A stretch of DNA of 64,000 bases from Tubiluchus corallicola. Its lineage: Eukaryota > Animalia > Priapulida. The notes beneath the pieces were generated by a model. That model worked only from the letters and a program-made list of their open reading frames with translations. It did no database searches and was not told where the DNA came from. Made by a program: the position numbers and the translations under genes. This document shows, piece after piece, positions 27,301 to 39,619 of this stretch. The stretch is from positions 101,786 to 165,785 of the forward strand of contig JAQGDQ010000220.1 in the NCBI GenBank assembly GCA_030141605.1, given 5' to 3'. The number at the start of each line of letters is the position of its first letter. The first letter of the stretch is position 1.

Positions 27301-29931
27301 TTTTTCTTGTATAATATTATATTAAAGTATAATGGGACCTGTGTGTTTGCCTTAAATGTGCGTTATAATGTAGTAACTGAGTGTAGTTAATTATCTGTCA
27401 TTTCCTATATTTCTACAGCTTATGTTGATTGAATTTGAAATTGAATTTGGAGCCCCCATTGTACCTGGTTCTTCAGGAGCAATATAGTTTCTGTAATTTT
27501 TCTTACTCCTGGCTAAATTTTTCCTCAGCATTTGCAACAGAAATTTTTTGAAACCCTGACTCCTTTTTTCACTTGTACATCCATTCCAGTAAATTCATCA
27601 TCTTCACAACCGCAACTCTGACCTGGTTGCATATACTTCATTAGAGATTCAATTTCGTCGCTTGCCCTTTTTTACTTTTCGTGTATTCGGCTCCTGAAGA
27701 GTATTCCAGAATTTAGCACTCTCCAAAATTTGGCACTCTATTCAATTGCTTAGTTTGCCTGGTGATAGAGCCGACCCTGGTTATCATTATTAGGGGGAAG
27801 AGGGCACCATAACGAGGTTTCGCTGTATAAAAATTATAGAAAAGTTTGTTCCCGTGTAAACACAAAATTCACCTACTTGCTTTTAGGGCGAAGCTGTTCA
27901 ACAAGCAACGACATGCAGAAAAGATACAGATGAAGAAAACGTGAGTGAACATTTTTTGTATGTAATTGAGTGGCATTGTGATTGTGAACTGTATTTGCTT
28001 ACAAGTACTTAGTAGCAGTGGCATAGCTAATGGGTGGAGTCGGAGTGGTGGTTCGCCCTGGGTGGCACTTTTCAAAGGTCAGCATTTTGATTAAGTGCAA
28101 TGAAAAAGTTGAATCTGTCAGACCAACAGATATGCAAAACACCTGGTGATTTGATTTTCTATGAAAACTGTCCTGACGGCATCTCTTCGCGTCATCATGC
28201 CAAATGAGGATGATAACTAGTAATTTAATATGATTGTTGTAATGTTTGTAACATAGTATGTCTTTGCTTTCAAAGTGTGTGCGCTGCACACATTTTGAGT
28301 TAACTGTATAATCGCGCTTGTTGCTGTATTCTGCCTCGCTTTTTGCCGGTATATTTGTCGCTGGTGTTTGGTTTCTATAAAACTGGTGTCATTGCTATTA
28401 GTTCTGTTTACCTGATGATTGTCATTCCATGGCTTCTTGGTAATGTACTTAAACATTTTTTGTATATCTCAGTCATAACATATGAATTTAAGCACTTCAT
28501 TGACATAATTACTTTTGGATCTATTAAGTAATTTACGAACACAAAATTCGACTTTATCTTTGGAATCTTTTGATGACAATAAACGTTTATTTACTCAACT
28601 GTTACGATGTTCATAATTCTCCGTTAAGCGTAGCAACATCTTAGAAGTCAGTCCAGAAGCCAGACATCTTAGAATCGTCTTCAGTTACTATTCTAATGCT
28701 CTTTTCTGTGTTATCATTTGAAGAGAATTTTGAGCACCACAATTTTTGATTTTTTAAAAATATAGGGTGAAGATAAGTTGCAGAATCAGTATTTCTGCAA
28801 CGTATTGCAAATAACAGGCAACACTGCTAAATTATACACATCTAAAATTTTCCTACATAAACATTTTTGTGAGGGGTGACACGAAATTTAAGTATCACAC
28901 TGGGCACCACAAGCTGTGGCTACGCCACTGCACAGTTGTCGAAAGATGGCTTGAGTATCACGCTTGGTGTCACTAGCTTTTGCTATGTTACTGCACAGGT
29001 TGAAGTTCAGAATGGCTAAGAACGCTTGCTTTGTTGCTGTGGCTACTTTTAACTGTTTAGCTAAAATTTCTTGTGTATGTTTTGAAAATGTTTGGTAGCA
29101 AACTAAGAATACTTTTTTTCAATTCAATCGATTTATGCTGCATGATAAACAAATAATTATGCATCACCAGTACATTTATAAATCAAATTTTCGTTAATAC
29201 AACAAAATTAAGATACAATTCTTAAATTCTGCACTAGAGACTTAAGAAGCAGCTCATATTAGGCTACTAGAGTTAGTAGTGAGAAAAAAATTAACAACAT
29301 ACTGCTGATAGTAAACAAGAGTTACAGTGGGCTTTAGTAGTATTTTGTAATAACGATGATGTAAACTGATGTGTGGTGCAGAGAAATGATAAATGTTTTA
29401 ACACTACTTGTACTAGAAAACAGGCAAGCTGGTGTTTAGGTTTCCATGTTATATGTCATGTTTTAATATGTTTTTGCAGCCTCAAATTGCATGAGCAGAG
29501 GCACACCAGGCAGAAAGAGAAGGATGTTGCCATGGAAGGAGCAGTGCCTGCATTCTTATTGGACAGAGAGAGACAGTCACGAGCCAAAGTTTTGTCTAAT
29601 ATGATTAAACAGAAGAGGAAAGAAAAGGCTGTAAGCATTACTCTTTGTTGTAGTAGATACAGTAGGCACCGCTTAATAGACTCACTTTGGGATGGAAGCG
29701 TGTTGACCTAATTAATTGACTGAATCTATTAGTTGAACGGTGTAACTTATTACTACTATAGAAGTATGAAAAATATTGAGTGAATTATGCGGAGTTATTT
29801 AAGTCACTTGCTGACAGTTTTTTTTTTATATATTTCAATACGAGCAGGTCTTACCAGGTGTTTTTGAGTCAATTAGGTAACTGATTCTAATAACCATGAG
29901 TGTAATAAATAGTGCCTATTGTATATGAAAG

Positions 29932-30027
<96 letters not shown>

Positions 30028-30071
30028 CCTCCCTCCCTCCCTCCCTCCCTCCCTCCCTCCCTCCCTCCCTC

Positions 30072-30154
<83 letters not shown>

Positions 30155-33100
30155 CTCTCTCTTTCTCCCTCTCTCCCTCCCTCCCTCCCTCCCTCCGTCT
30201 GCTCTCTTTTTCCCCCTATCTTTTAAAGCCTTGTAATGTATTTATTTATTTCACTTATAAATAACCCATAAATTCGTCTCCCACTAGTTGTCTCTCTGCA
30301 CAGTTGTTGGCAAAGAAAGTTGCTGATTTTGTTGCCGTTAAGCGTAATAGAAATTATTTTGTTTTCAGGGAAAATGGGACGTGCCTTTGCCGAAAGTTCG
30401 AGCTATCGGTGATGCGGAAGCATTCCGGGTTGTAAAAACTGGAAAAACAAGGCGTGAGCTGAATTTATTTATTTTTTCCCTGATTATCGAGTATCACCAA
30501 TTCATGTTGTATGTTCATGATATGACTAATTTCTGAACTAGGGATGTTAAATGATGCAAATTGGGTGATATGATAATGCTGCGATATGATAACGATAAAC
30601 TGTTTTTCAGCTGACACGATGTGATACAATAAATTATTTCGAACAATAAAAACGATACTGAAGTTAGGCTATTTATGCAACAACAGAAGAAGTATCATTA
30701 ATAATTAAAATTATTAAGTGCGTTCAATGCTGTATACTTAAAATGGCTGCTAGTTCTGAAACACAAGTTTGTTTGTGTAATTATTCATAAATAAGCTGTG
30801 ACAGATAAACATATTACTGTGATAAAAATATTTACACATGTGAGCTACTCATGTCTGGGAAAGTGACACTAAAAATACTGTACCTTGTATTTGACATCTG
30901 TGCGTCAGTATGAAAGTGTGTACTGCCAAATCATTTTCTTGTACATTCACCTGGCAATGACGGTATAAAATGATTTGGCATCTGACAAGCTTATAATTTT
31001 AAGTAATTCTTTTTATTCACTTCTTTGCATTGTTACTGTAAATAAACAGATAAGAAAAGTGAAGCGAATTTATAAAGGTAAGCGATAAGCAACGATACAT
31101 GCCAAATTCAATGCGAAAACGGTGTTCCTAGAATAATGTCGATACGATGACAATAAAACAAATTTTTCGTATTGATATACGATAATCGATAATTATCGAT
31201 ACGTATTGTTATTGTTAGCAATCCATTTCTGTACCCTGCACAATAAATGTTTAGCAGAAACAGTTGAGCAAGAACTTTGTTTTGCAAAGTTTCACGTAGT
31301 GTTGTGTTTACAAATTGGTTGTGCACAGAAAATCAAGGTGTGGTACACTTGAAGTAGTCCTAGTGTGGAAACTTGTTGCAAAACAAATGCATAAGCATGG
31401 AAGATGTGTTATTAGCAATTTTTTTTTAAATATGACAACAATTTGTGCAACAGACAAAAAGTTCTGTCAGGGGGAAACATGGGTAACGAAACTTTGCAAC
31501 TTGGTAGTGAACGAGGCATTTTCAATTGAGGACCTACAGTATCAGGAAAGCATTGTAGCTAATATATATATATATATATACAGGTAGCATTATTATTCGA
31601 TGCAGTAGTGAATAAAATTCATAAGATTCATACGGGATGATTTTTCGTGTCCTGCCCCATTTTGAAGTATAGTAAAATGTATACATTTTAACACACATAA
31701 TAATGTCATTGCATTTCTGATAATTAAGTGATAGGTTAAAAACTTAATTAACGGCGGGCGAGCCCAGCTAATGATGATGTCACAGACGAACACAATGTTC
31801 AACAGTACAAATATTATATGAATGTGTTTGTGAAAGCAAAAACTGAAGTACAGTGCCACGGTACAACAGTCAGTGTAATATACAAAAACTCCGCAAAGGT
31901 AAAATTGAAATTTTAAATTTACTGCTGTGTTCACGCATGAGCTCTTGAATGTGGGCACTCACAAACGAACAGCCCTAAACTGAGTGCAGTACCTGTTTTT
32001 CATGCAATGGGTTTCTGAAATGCAGGTGCTATTGCCTGTCTAACTAGCGAATTGTGAAATGCATGTAACAGTGAAGAACTAGTGGCGTGAACACAAAATT
32101 CCGTTTCTGTGGCAATAATTCTTTCATGTAAGACATTTTTGAAAAAGATAGTGTTTCCTTTCAATATTTTAAAGGGTAGATTGTTTTGATGTGCAGTTTA
32201 AGATTGGGTCTGCTTTTCCTTTAAATGATATTTTTTTGCTTATAATTGCTTAACTGTACATATACACATAAATTTGCATTTTGTAGGGAAAGGTTGGAAG
32301 CGCATGGTTACAAAAGCAACATATGTCGGTGAAGGTTTTACTAGGAAGCCTCCAAAGTTTGAAAGGTTTATCAGGCCAATGGTTCGTATGCGTTGTGGCT
32401 TATATTTTTTTACGTGTTGCAGATGTAAAATTGTGATTTGTGATGGAGAGAATAGCTGAGTTGTCATGGCATAGCCTCAGCCAGACAGTTAAGCAGTATC
32501 GAGCATAGTTAGTAGGTGGTTGGGTGACCCCGACAAACAGCAAAACTAGTTCTGGATGATTTCGCCTAGCATACTGTTTAGTTGAGACACTCTGTCATCT
32601 TAGATAGTTATCCACTTCTGTTTATGTTGAATGGGTCATTTTTATGGTCAAAATTCGACAATTTGGTTTCATGGAAAGCATCAATTAAGGAATAAAGTTT
32701 TGAAAGGTCTTTTTGCATGCAGTTTAGAATAATCTGGAGTTAAAATATTGATCAATTTATTAGAGTTAATGCTTTATTATGCCACTTTAACACTTTTCAC
32801 CAGTGCTAGAAAATATAGTGTCTCATAAGTCACTTTGCACTTCGGTTTTAATTTTCTTCTTAATTTTTTTTTTATATACAAAAGCTTGTATCTATCTACA
32901 TATATGCATATATATTTATAAGTAAAAAGAATTGCCAAAGGCTATATATGTATATGCAAAAGGAGTCTTTGGCAATTCTTTTTGCTTATGTTTTTACTGG
33001 AACTCAGTTGCTACGGCAATGACCGTAATGTTAGTAATGAGGTCCAAGATTGGTCTCTGAGGCTCTTGAGGTCCCTGAAGAAGGTAGCGAAAACAACAAA

Positions 33101-35758
33101 GCATACTACTCAGTGACGGCTTGTTTATAGGTACTGTTGAACTGCAGCACCCTATTTTCACTCAATATTATCAATAATATTCAATATAATAAGCCTTTTT
33201 CTTTAGTTCTTTCTTTATGCTTGTACGGAACCAGACCACGTGAGGGCACTACTGTTTGCTTCACAGCTCAGCACAGTGCAATGCGGTGTTTGGCTGCTGT
33301 GTGCATGAGGCCATGCGCACATGTCTGAGCCCTGGTAGAGAAAGTACTGTCGCTCACACAGTTTGTTGTCAGTTGTTACGTGCTTACTGTGAATGAATCA
33401 AGCTTGAACTGCAACAATTTAGGGCATTAGTAAGCAAAAAATATTTTTTTGATAAGGATTTTATCAAGTTTATGTGTAAATTTTCGTATTTTTGTTTGTC
33501 AAAAATTACAATTACAACATAAAAAATTACGTATGTTTGTTTCATTTTACACAGTATTAAAACAATGGCTAAAACTTTTCTGAAGCAGCACCCCCACTAA
33601 TTTTAGCTATGAGCTGTTACTGGTACTAGTGCAGTAGTTCTTTTCAGATTTTCGTCCAAGTTGACTGAAAGAATTGCCGGATGTTTTAGTCAAATGTATT
33701 TTGACTTATGAGACACCCTGTAAAATGTTCTTTGCAGCAATGGCAGTTAATTCAAATTTAAAAGTTTTTGGCTTTTGAACAAATATCCTTTCTTTGCAGG
33801 CTCTGAGGCTTAAAAAAGCTCATGTGACACATCCAGAATTGAAAGCAACTTTCTGTTTACCGATTATTGGTGTGAAGAAAAACCCAACCTCACCTCTGTA
33901 TACTTCATTAGGAGTTATGACCAAGGGGACAGTGATAGAGGTAAGGCATTGTACCTCATTAGAGTTTTATTGTGACAAATTAATGCCATATGACTGCTTA
34001 TGTAGATTTCTGCCCAAATGACTTTGGTCATGTTCTGTTTTTAACATTAGTATTGTTTCATCTTAGCAATTATTTTTACACAGCTTTATGAAGTACTGTT
34101 TTTTGAATTTAAAGGAAAAGGCAGTTCTCTCTGGAAGTTGAACTTATTTTAATATTTGAAAAGAATGTTAGAAAGTTTAATTTGTGATAAGCGCCTCGTG
34201 TAATTAGTAAAGTCAATTTAATGTTGCGATCACTTCAAGCTTGGGTGAATTATTTTGAAAGAAAAATGGCATCATCTGGTTACTGTGCAATATAAACACT
34301 TATCTCGCCAAGTCCTTGAGAAAACATTTTTGCAGCTGCAATCACTGTTATCAACTATAAACAGTCCAAAATGTTACAGAGAGAGAGACTATTAATTTAT
34401 TTTTTTACGTTTTGATTGATCTCATTGCCCACTATGTAATGAAAGCAAGTTACCAAATAATATAATAATTTCCATCTCGGTTAGTTAACCCTGACAGAGT
34501 AACAGAATAATTCTAAAACTGAACTTTACGAACAAAGTAACCCAGCTGGCACCTACTATCTGAAAGATAACACATGCTTATCTGAAAATCAACAAAAGTT
34601 TGCAAATTGATTATGTAGAGTAACACTTGGTACTATAGTTGTGTATTTTAAGGTTTAACCCAGTAAATTAGAGCTATGTAAGAACTTCAAAGTTATTGCT
34701 ATTTATCTGATGGCTAATTTTTTCACAAACACAATTAGACATAATGCTAGAATAGCGGAACCTGCAGCAGTTTTGCTATGCGCATACCTTCACGGCTTTC
34801 ATGCTGTTCACCAGGTCATGTCATTTTTTTCAAAGATGCATGTAGTGAGGTTTGTTTAGCAGAAAATCAGAATGATTCAGATTTGTTTTGCATTTTTAAG
34901 CAACACATTTTATGTGCCTATATATATTGTATGGTAATTTCAATATTTTTAATTGCATATTAAAATACTGTGAATGTTGTTTGGGGGTTGATTTTTCCTT
35001 TAACAGGCAAAGAAGTAGTATAATGAAAACTTCAGTATAGTATTCGCAATAGTATAGTAAGTCCTCGCTTAACGAAGCTAATGCATTCCAGCAAAACACG
35101 CCGTTAAGGGAAACATAGTTATGTGAAACAATGCCTTCCATAGAAAACAATATAAAAGCGTGCAGTTATGTTCCAGGAGGAAAATTCTATAGTGCTTGGC
35201 TGTATCTGATTGCCTGCTATCTGTTTAGTTGTGATGCGGATCTGGGTTAAGTAGTGGGCTTCTTGATAGAGTACAAATGCAGTAAATATGACTCTAGTGT
35301 TTAAAGTAAGGCAAAAAAGTCGTCGTTAAAATGAAACATGCGACGTTAAGTGAGAAAAAAGTGCCAAATGATTAGTGTCGATAAAAGTAAATGTAACGTC
35401 GCTAAGCAGGGAGTCATTAACCGAAGACTTACTGTAAATGCTGATATACGTCAGGAAAGGTTTGTATGATCATTTTTTTATAAATTTTATTAATGTTGCA
35501 GAATTTGATGAAATCACTGCAACTTTGCAGTTTGTTGCTCGTAGCACAAGAGCTGTGGCAAGATTAACACAGTAATTATTTGTTTAAAGTAATACCAATA
35601 AAACCAGTAGTACTAGCTAATATTTTGTTATATTGCAGGTTAATATCAGCGAGCTCGGTCTAGTCACACAAGGTGGAAAGGTGATCTGGGGGAAGTACGC
35701 TCAAGTGACGAACAATCCGGAAAATGATGGTTGTGTAAATGCCATCCTACTGGTATAA
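24361..35758 (+). CDS. NSA2: Ribosome biogenesis protein NSA2, complete, 260 aa. Exons 24361-24363 (ATG only), 25238-25305, 26150-26215, 27887-27940, 29480-29630, 30369-30453, 32287-32381, 33800-33940, 35639-35758
   Basis: Translation reads [31 protein letters not shown]...[42 protein letters not shown]...[29 protein letters not shown]...[24 protein letters not shown]...[27 protein letters not shown]. The exons sum to 783 nt (260 aa plus stop). Confidence 0.98.
27032..27825. mobile_element. Tc1/pogo-like MITE (CAGTCAAACCTC...GAGGTTTCGCTG) with a nested hAT-like element at 27193-27779
   Basis: Outer imperfect TIRs enclose inner TIRs CAGGGCCAGCTCT / AGAGCCGACCCTG. Confidence 0.55.
28016..28930. 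mobile_element. Non-autonomous hAT-like element
   Basis: TIRs CAGTGGCATAGC / GCTACGCCACTG with GC-rich subterminal motifs. The TSD is degraded. Confidence 0.6.
29660..29921 (-). mobile_element. Tc1/pogo-like MITE family B
   Basis: TA|CAGTAGGCACCGCTTAATAGACTCA ... TGAGTGTAATAAATAGTGCCTATTG|TA. It is an inverted homolog of 52724-53071. Confidence 0.75.
29932..30195. repeat. Compound (CT)n/(CCCT)n microsatellite
   Basis: Directly visible. Confidence 0.98.
30539..31237 (+). mobile_element. hAT-like MITE with CGATA-rich subtermini; a related copy lies at about 38200-38732
   Basis: TAGGGATG start and repeated ACGATA/TATCGAT motifs. GATACAATAAATTATTT is shared with the sequence near 38262. Confidence 0.55.
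33130..33622 (+). mobile_element. Interspersed DNA-transposon-like repeat, inverted homolog of 37381-37827
   Basis: GAACTGCAGCACCCTATTTTCAC...CTGAAGCAGCACCCCCACTAATTTTAGCTA is the reverse complement of 37381-37827. Confidence 0.7.
35055..35434. mobile_element. Tigger/pogo-like MITE
   Basis: Imperfect TIRs TAGTAAGTCCTCGCTTAA ... TTAACCGAAGACTTACTG|TA. Confidence 0.6.
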
Positions 35759-36428
35759 ACAAGTGAACGTTTTTGTAATTGTGTACAGAAGAAGCAAACT
35801 TTTCAAGATGATCGCAGACAGAAGTGGTTGCAATGTGCTACAGCAGGTCAACCCCTGCGCATGCAGCAGACTGGATAGCCTTGGTAACGAGTCGGAAACC
35901 AACCTATTATGTGGATGGTGCAACTGTTACCGGAGAACCAGCATTTTCTTATTTGTTATCATTATTTTTGTTCTACATTTGAGTAAAAAAAATGAACATT
36001 TTGTTAGAGAATATCAAACAAAAAGATACAGAGTCTAGAAGTTTGCATTATTATACTGACCTAAATTTGTTTGGGTGAAATTTTATTTCATATTGGAAAT
36101 ACTCAATTGAAATATTGTCAGTACTGTACAATTTTTTTGGTTTTTAAATGTCAACAATACATTATTGAACTTAAAGAAGGAAATGTAGCAGCAGCAGCAG
36201 CAGCAGCAGCAAAAAGTACTTGACAAATGTAGTGAAAAATAAAATGTTTTATTTATCTTTCTGAATACATTTTTTCTAAATGTTGTTGCTCATGTTTGCT
36301 TGTTAGCTCCACAACAAACTGCAGACTATCCAACGAAATCAATATATTATTAATCTTTTGCTATATCATGTTTATTATGTTACACGTCAAAGATTATGCT
36401 AATTGTGCTTTGTTTCTGCATCTTCATT

Positions 36429-36905
36429 CGGGGCATAGCCAGGTTCTAAAGTCAGGTAGAGCAAGCACATGAAAAGGGACCGTGACATGTACCAAACAAT
36501 TTTTAATGCATTGATTGTACATTTTAATTTTATGTGTAAAATCAAAACATGAGGAAGATGCAGTCTTAAAGGAAGTACAAAATTGTTATTTTATATAATT
36601 AAGGACAATATGTATAATAAAACGTAAAGACACTGAAACTTGCCTTTGCAATATCAGTAGGCCTACTAGTAGACAATCATATCTGGACAATCGTGTGCAC
36701 AAGAATATACTATAATAATTAGATGTGGGTCAATTTTATCTTTGGTTTAAACAGTCAACCTTGACAAATGAGTTGCATAAATGTGCGCTCATTTCCAAAC
36801 ACGGGATGCAGGTTGGTCAAATAAAGAATGACTCCATTGTTGAAAGTGCCAATTTTGAAAAATGTGCCCGGTGGAGCGGTTGCTCCTCTACTAGCTACAC
36901 CACTG
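36429..36905 (+). mobile_element. hAT-like element, homologous to 59343-59945
   Basis: GGGGCATAGCCAGGTTCTA...GGAAGATGCAGTCTTAAAGGAAGT...GCAGGTTGGTCAAATAAAG...CTAGCTACACCACTG is shared with the copy near 59.3 kb. Confidence 0.7.
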
Positions 36906-37380
36906 TCTTCATTCTGTTCTTGTTCTAAGCAGATAATTCTGACATATAATGAATTTCGCATATACTGGCACATCCGAAAATTTGTGGAGCAGATAAAAAC
37001 TTGGTCTAGAAATTCGGCAAAAAATATTCTATGGCAGATTACTTATTCTCTTTGTCCCATATTGTGCAACATTTGCCACTGTTTGCAGCTGTTACGATTC
37101 ACTAGATGCTGAAATGACATGGGTTGACTATATTTTTCCTCAAATAGATATTTTGTTGTGTTCCAAACAGCAGTATGGCGGATACACATATTATACATTA
37201 AGTTTATTAACACAGTGAAAGCCCAGTGTCTGTAGACAAAACACTACAAAATAAATTACTCAAATTTACACTTGTAAATTATAGAAGTTTCACAAAGTCA
37301 CTCCAGGGGATAAAGGAAATTTAACAAACAAATTACGGTGCACTCTTACATTTCCTGTCTAGTGTGAACATTATTTTCAA

Positions 37381-37827
37381 CTAGTGGCAGCCTGTAGCTA
37401 AAATTAGTGTGGGGGTGCTGCTTCAGAATATTTTTAGCCATTGTTTTAATATTGTGTAAAATGAAACAAACATGAAAAGAAAATTTACACAAAAACTTGA
37501 AAAAACCTTAAACAAAACACTTGCACAACAGGGTCGGCACCGTGTGAGCGACAGTGCTGTCTCTACCTAATGTGCAGCTTCTTATTTCGGACATGTGCGC
37601 CTGGCCGCATGTGCTCAACAGCTGAACAGCGGACCTGTGAAGCGCACAGTTCCATACAAGGACTTTTGTAATTTTTTTCATGAACTAGGGGGTGGCTATT
37701 GTCAATAAGCTTAAAAATTATATAATGTACAAATATAATGAAAGACTCATATTGAATGTTATTGATAATATCGGGTGAAAATAGGGGGCGTTGCAGTTCC
37801 GCAGTGCCTATACACGAACCGGCACTG
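37381..37827 (-). mobile_element. Interspersed DNA-transposon-like repeat, inverted homolog of 33130-33622
   Basis: TAGCTAAAATTAGTGTGGGGGTGCTGCTTCAGAA...GTGAAAATAGGGGGCGTTGCAGTTC. Confidence 0.7.
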
Positions 37828-39287
37828 TTTTGAATGAAAAGACAGTTATTGTGCAGAAATTTTACAATATATAATGCTAAATAGAACAAGAGTCTTATCA
37901 GCACAATCTGTGTTCATTTTGAGTGCAAAAAAATCATCAGATGGGACTTTTATTACATCGCTGTGCTCTAATTTTGGTAGCAATCTTAAATTTACAAAAC
38001 ACAAGTTTTACTTTTGCTCAATACGTGATTACAAATGACCAACTGCTGCTTTTGCAACTTTCAGCAGGCTTACTTTAGCATTAAGATAATTAAGAGTTTT
38101 AAAAGCAGTTTAACTATTTAAGCCATGTGGTTTTTTGTCTCAGTCATAGAGTCGATTTCTGCACTTTGAAATCTTAAAAGACACGTTAAATAATACAAAT
38201 ATGGTGACACGACAACGATATGATATCAATAATCTGTTTTTCAGATGATATGATATGATATGATACAATAAATTATTTAGAATGATAAAAATGATACAGA
38301 TTGTACAGAACGTGTGGTTACTATGCAGGCTGTCTCAGTATGCTGAAACACTATGTTTGAAAGCTGTTTCCCAGTTAATGTATAGATACATGTAATCTAC
38401 GACAATGTTCTCTTCTTTGATTAATCACAAGATAATGTTAATATGTGAGCTGCGACAGTAATTATATGATGCATAGATCTATTACTACATGATAGATTTA
38501 CTTATGTAAGCTGCACTGCCTGAGATAACTGAGAAAATGCCACTAAAAATACCGCACTTCGCATCTGTGTCACTAAACCGATTGAAGATGCATAAATGAA
38601 AAAGCAAAGCGAAATGATTTTATAAGCAATAATAAGTATCAAATTCGATAAAATTATGATATTCCTAAAATAATATCGACATGAAAACAAATTTCTCGTT
38701 CGATACGATAATAAATATCGCTTACAGCCCTACTGCATGCTTGAGAAAAATGCTGATTTCTCGACTGGCTTCTTCAGTATATTGCAACATAAACTTCTGT
38801 ATAAACCCTATAGACTATATGCTTTATAACTACAAATACATGTATCCTCCAGCTATTTCCACCCGAGTGTTTGATTCACTGTCGCTGCCTCACCGGAGAT
38901 AAATCTACTGCATTTGCAGCTTGAATGCGTCTTAAATTAAGTACTTAGCAACGACGCTTTTTCGCGCATATGTGCTGCAACCGATACTGAAAGTCTGAAA
39001 CAGCGATTTTGCCTAGAGCCCTGGCGTTTCTAATTCCTACACGGTTCTACGGCTTCTTTTCTTAAACGAAAGAAAAAAAGGGCTAATGTACGGCACAATT
39101 TCGTTTTGAAGTATTGCTTAGTGCACAAGATAGATCTTTTTTTGTTAGCGCTGTAAGAGTAATAATAGATGGTATGCATTAGAGTTCTATGTAGAGTTCT
39201 AATGCATCTTATGTTTCAAATGCTACCTAGGATACGCACAGAAATTTCAATCAGTAATTGTGAGATGGTCGTGATTCTTCCTTTCAT

Positions 39288-39619
39288 ATAATCATTTAGT
39301 CACTAGTGATTGACATAGCTTCATGCACTGTTTATAAATTAATGAAGGACGGTGCAGCACCACTCTGCATGTAACCATTTATTGACTAGTGACTGACAAA
39401 GCTTCATGCACTGTTTATAGATTAATAACTGACAGTGCAGCACCACTCTGCATGTAATCATTTATTCACTAGTGATTGACAAAGCTTCATGTACTGTTTG
39501 TAAATTAATGAAGGATGGTGCAGCACAACTCTGTAAATAACCATTTATTGACTAGTGATTGACAAAGCTTCATGCACTGTTTGTAGATTAAAAACAGACG
39601 GTGCAGCACCACTCTGCAT
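39288..39619. repeat. 83-bp tandem repeat, 4 copies, overlapping the C3orf38 C-terminus, stop codon and 3' UTR
   Basis: The CATTTA unit start recurs at 39293, 39376, 39459 and 39542. Confidence 0.92.

Noticed and set aside
29912-30236. SL/PPSL-rich ORFs
   Set aside because: They are translations of the (CT)n/(CCCT)n microsatellite.
24364-35638. Intronic snoRNAs in NSA2
   Set aside because: By eye, no convincing C/D box pair with a terminal stem and no H/ACA structure were found. An Infernal/Rfam or snoscan search would be needed to exclude them.
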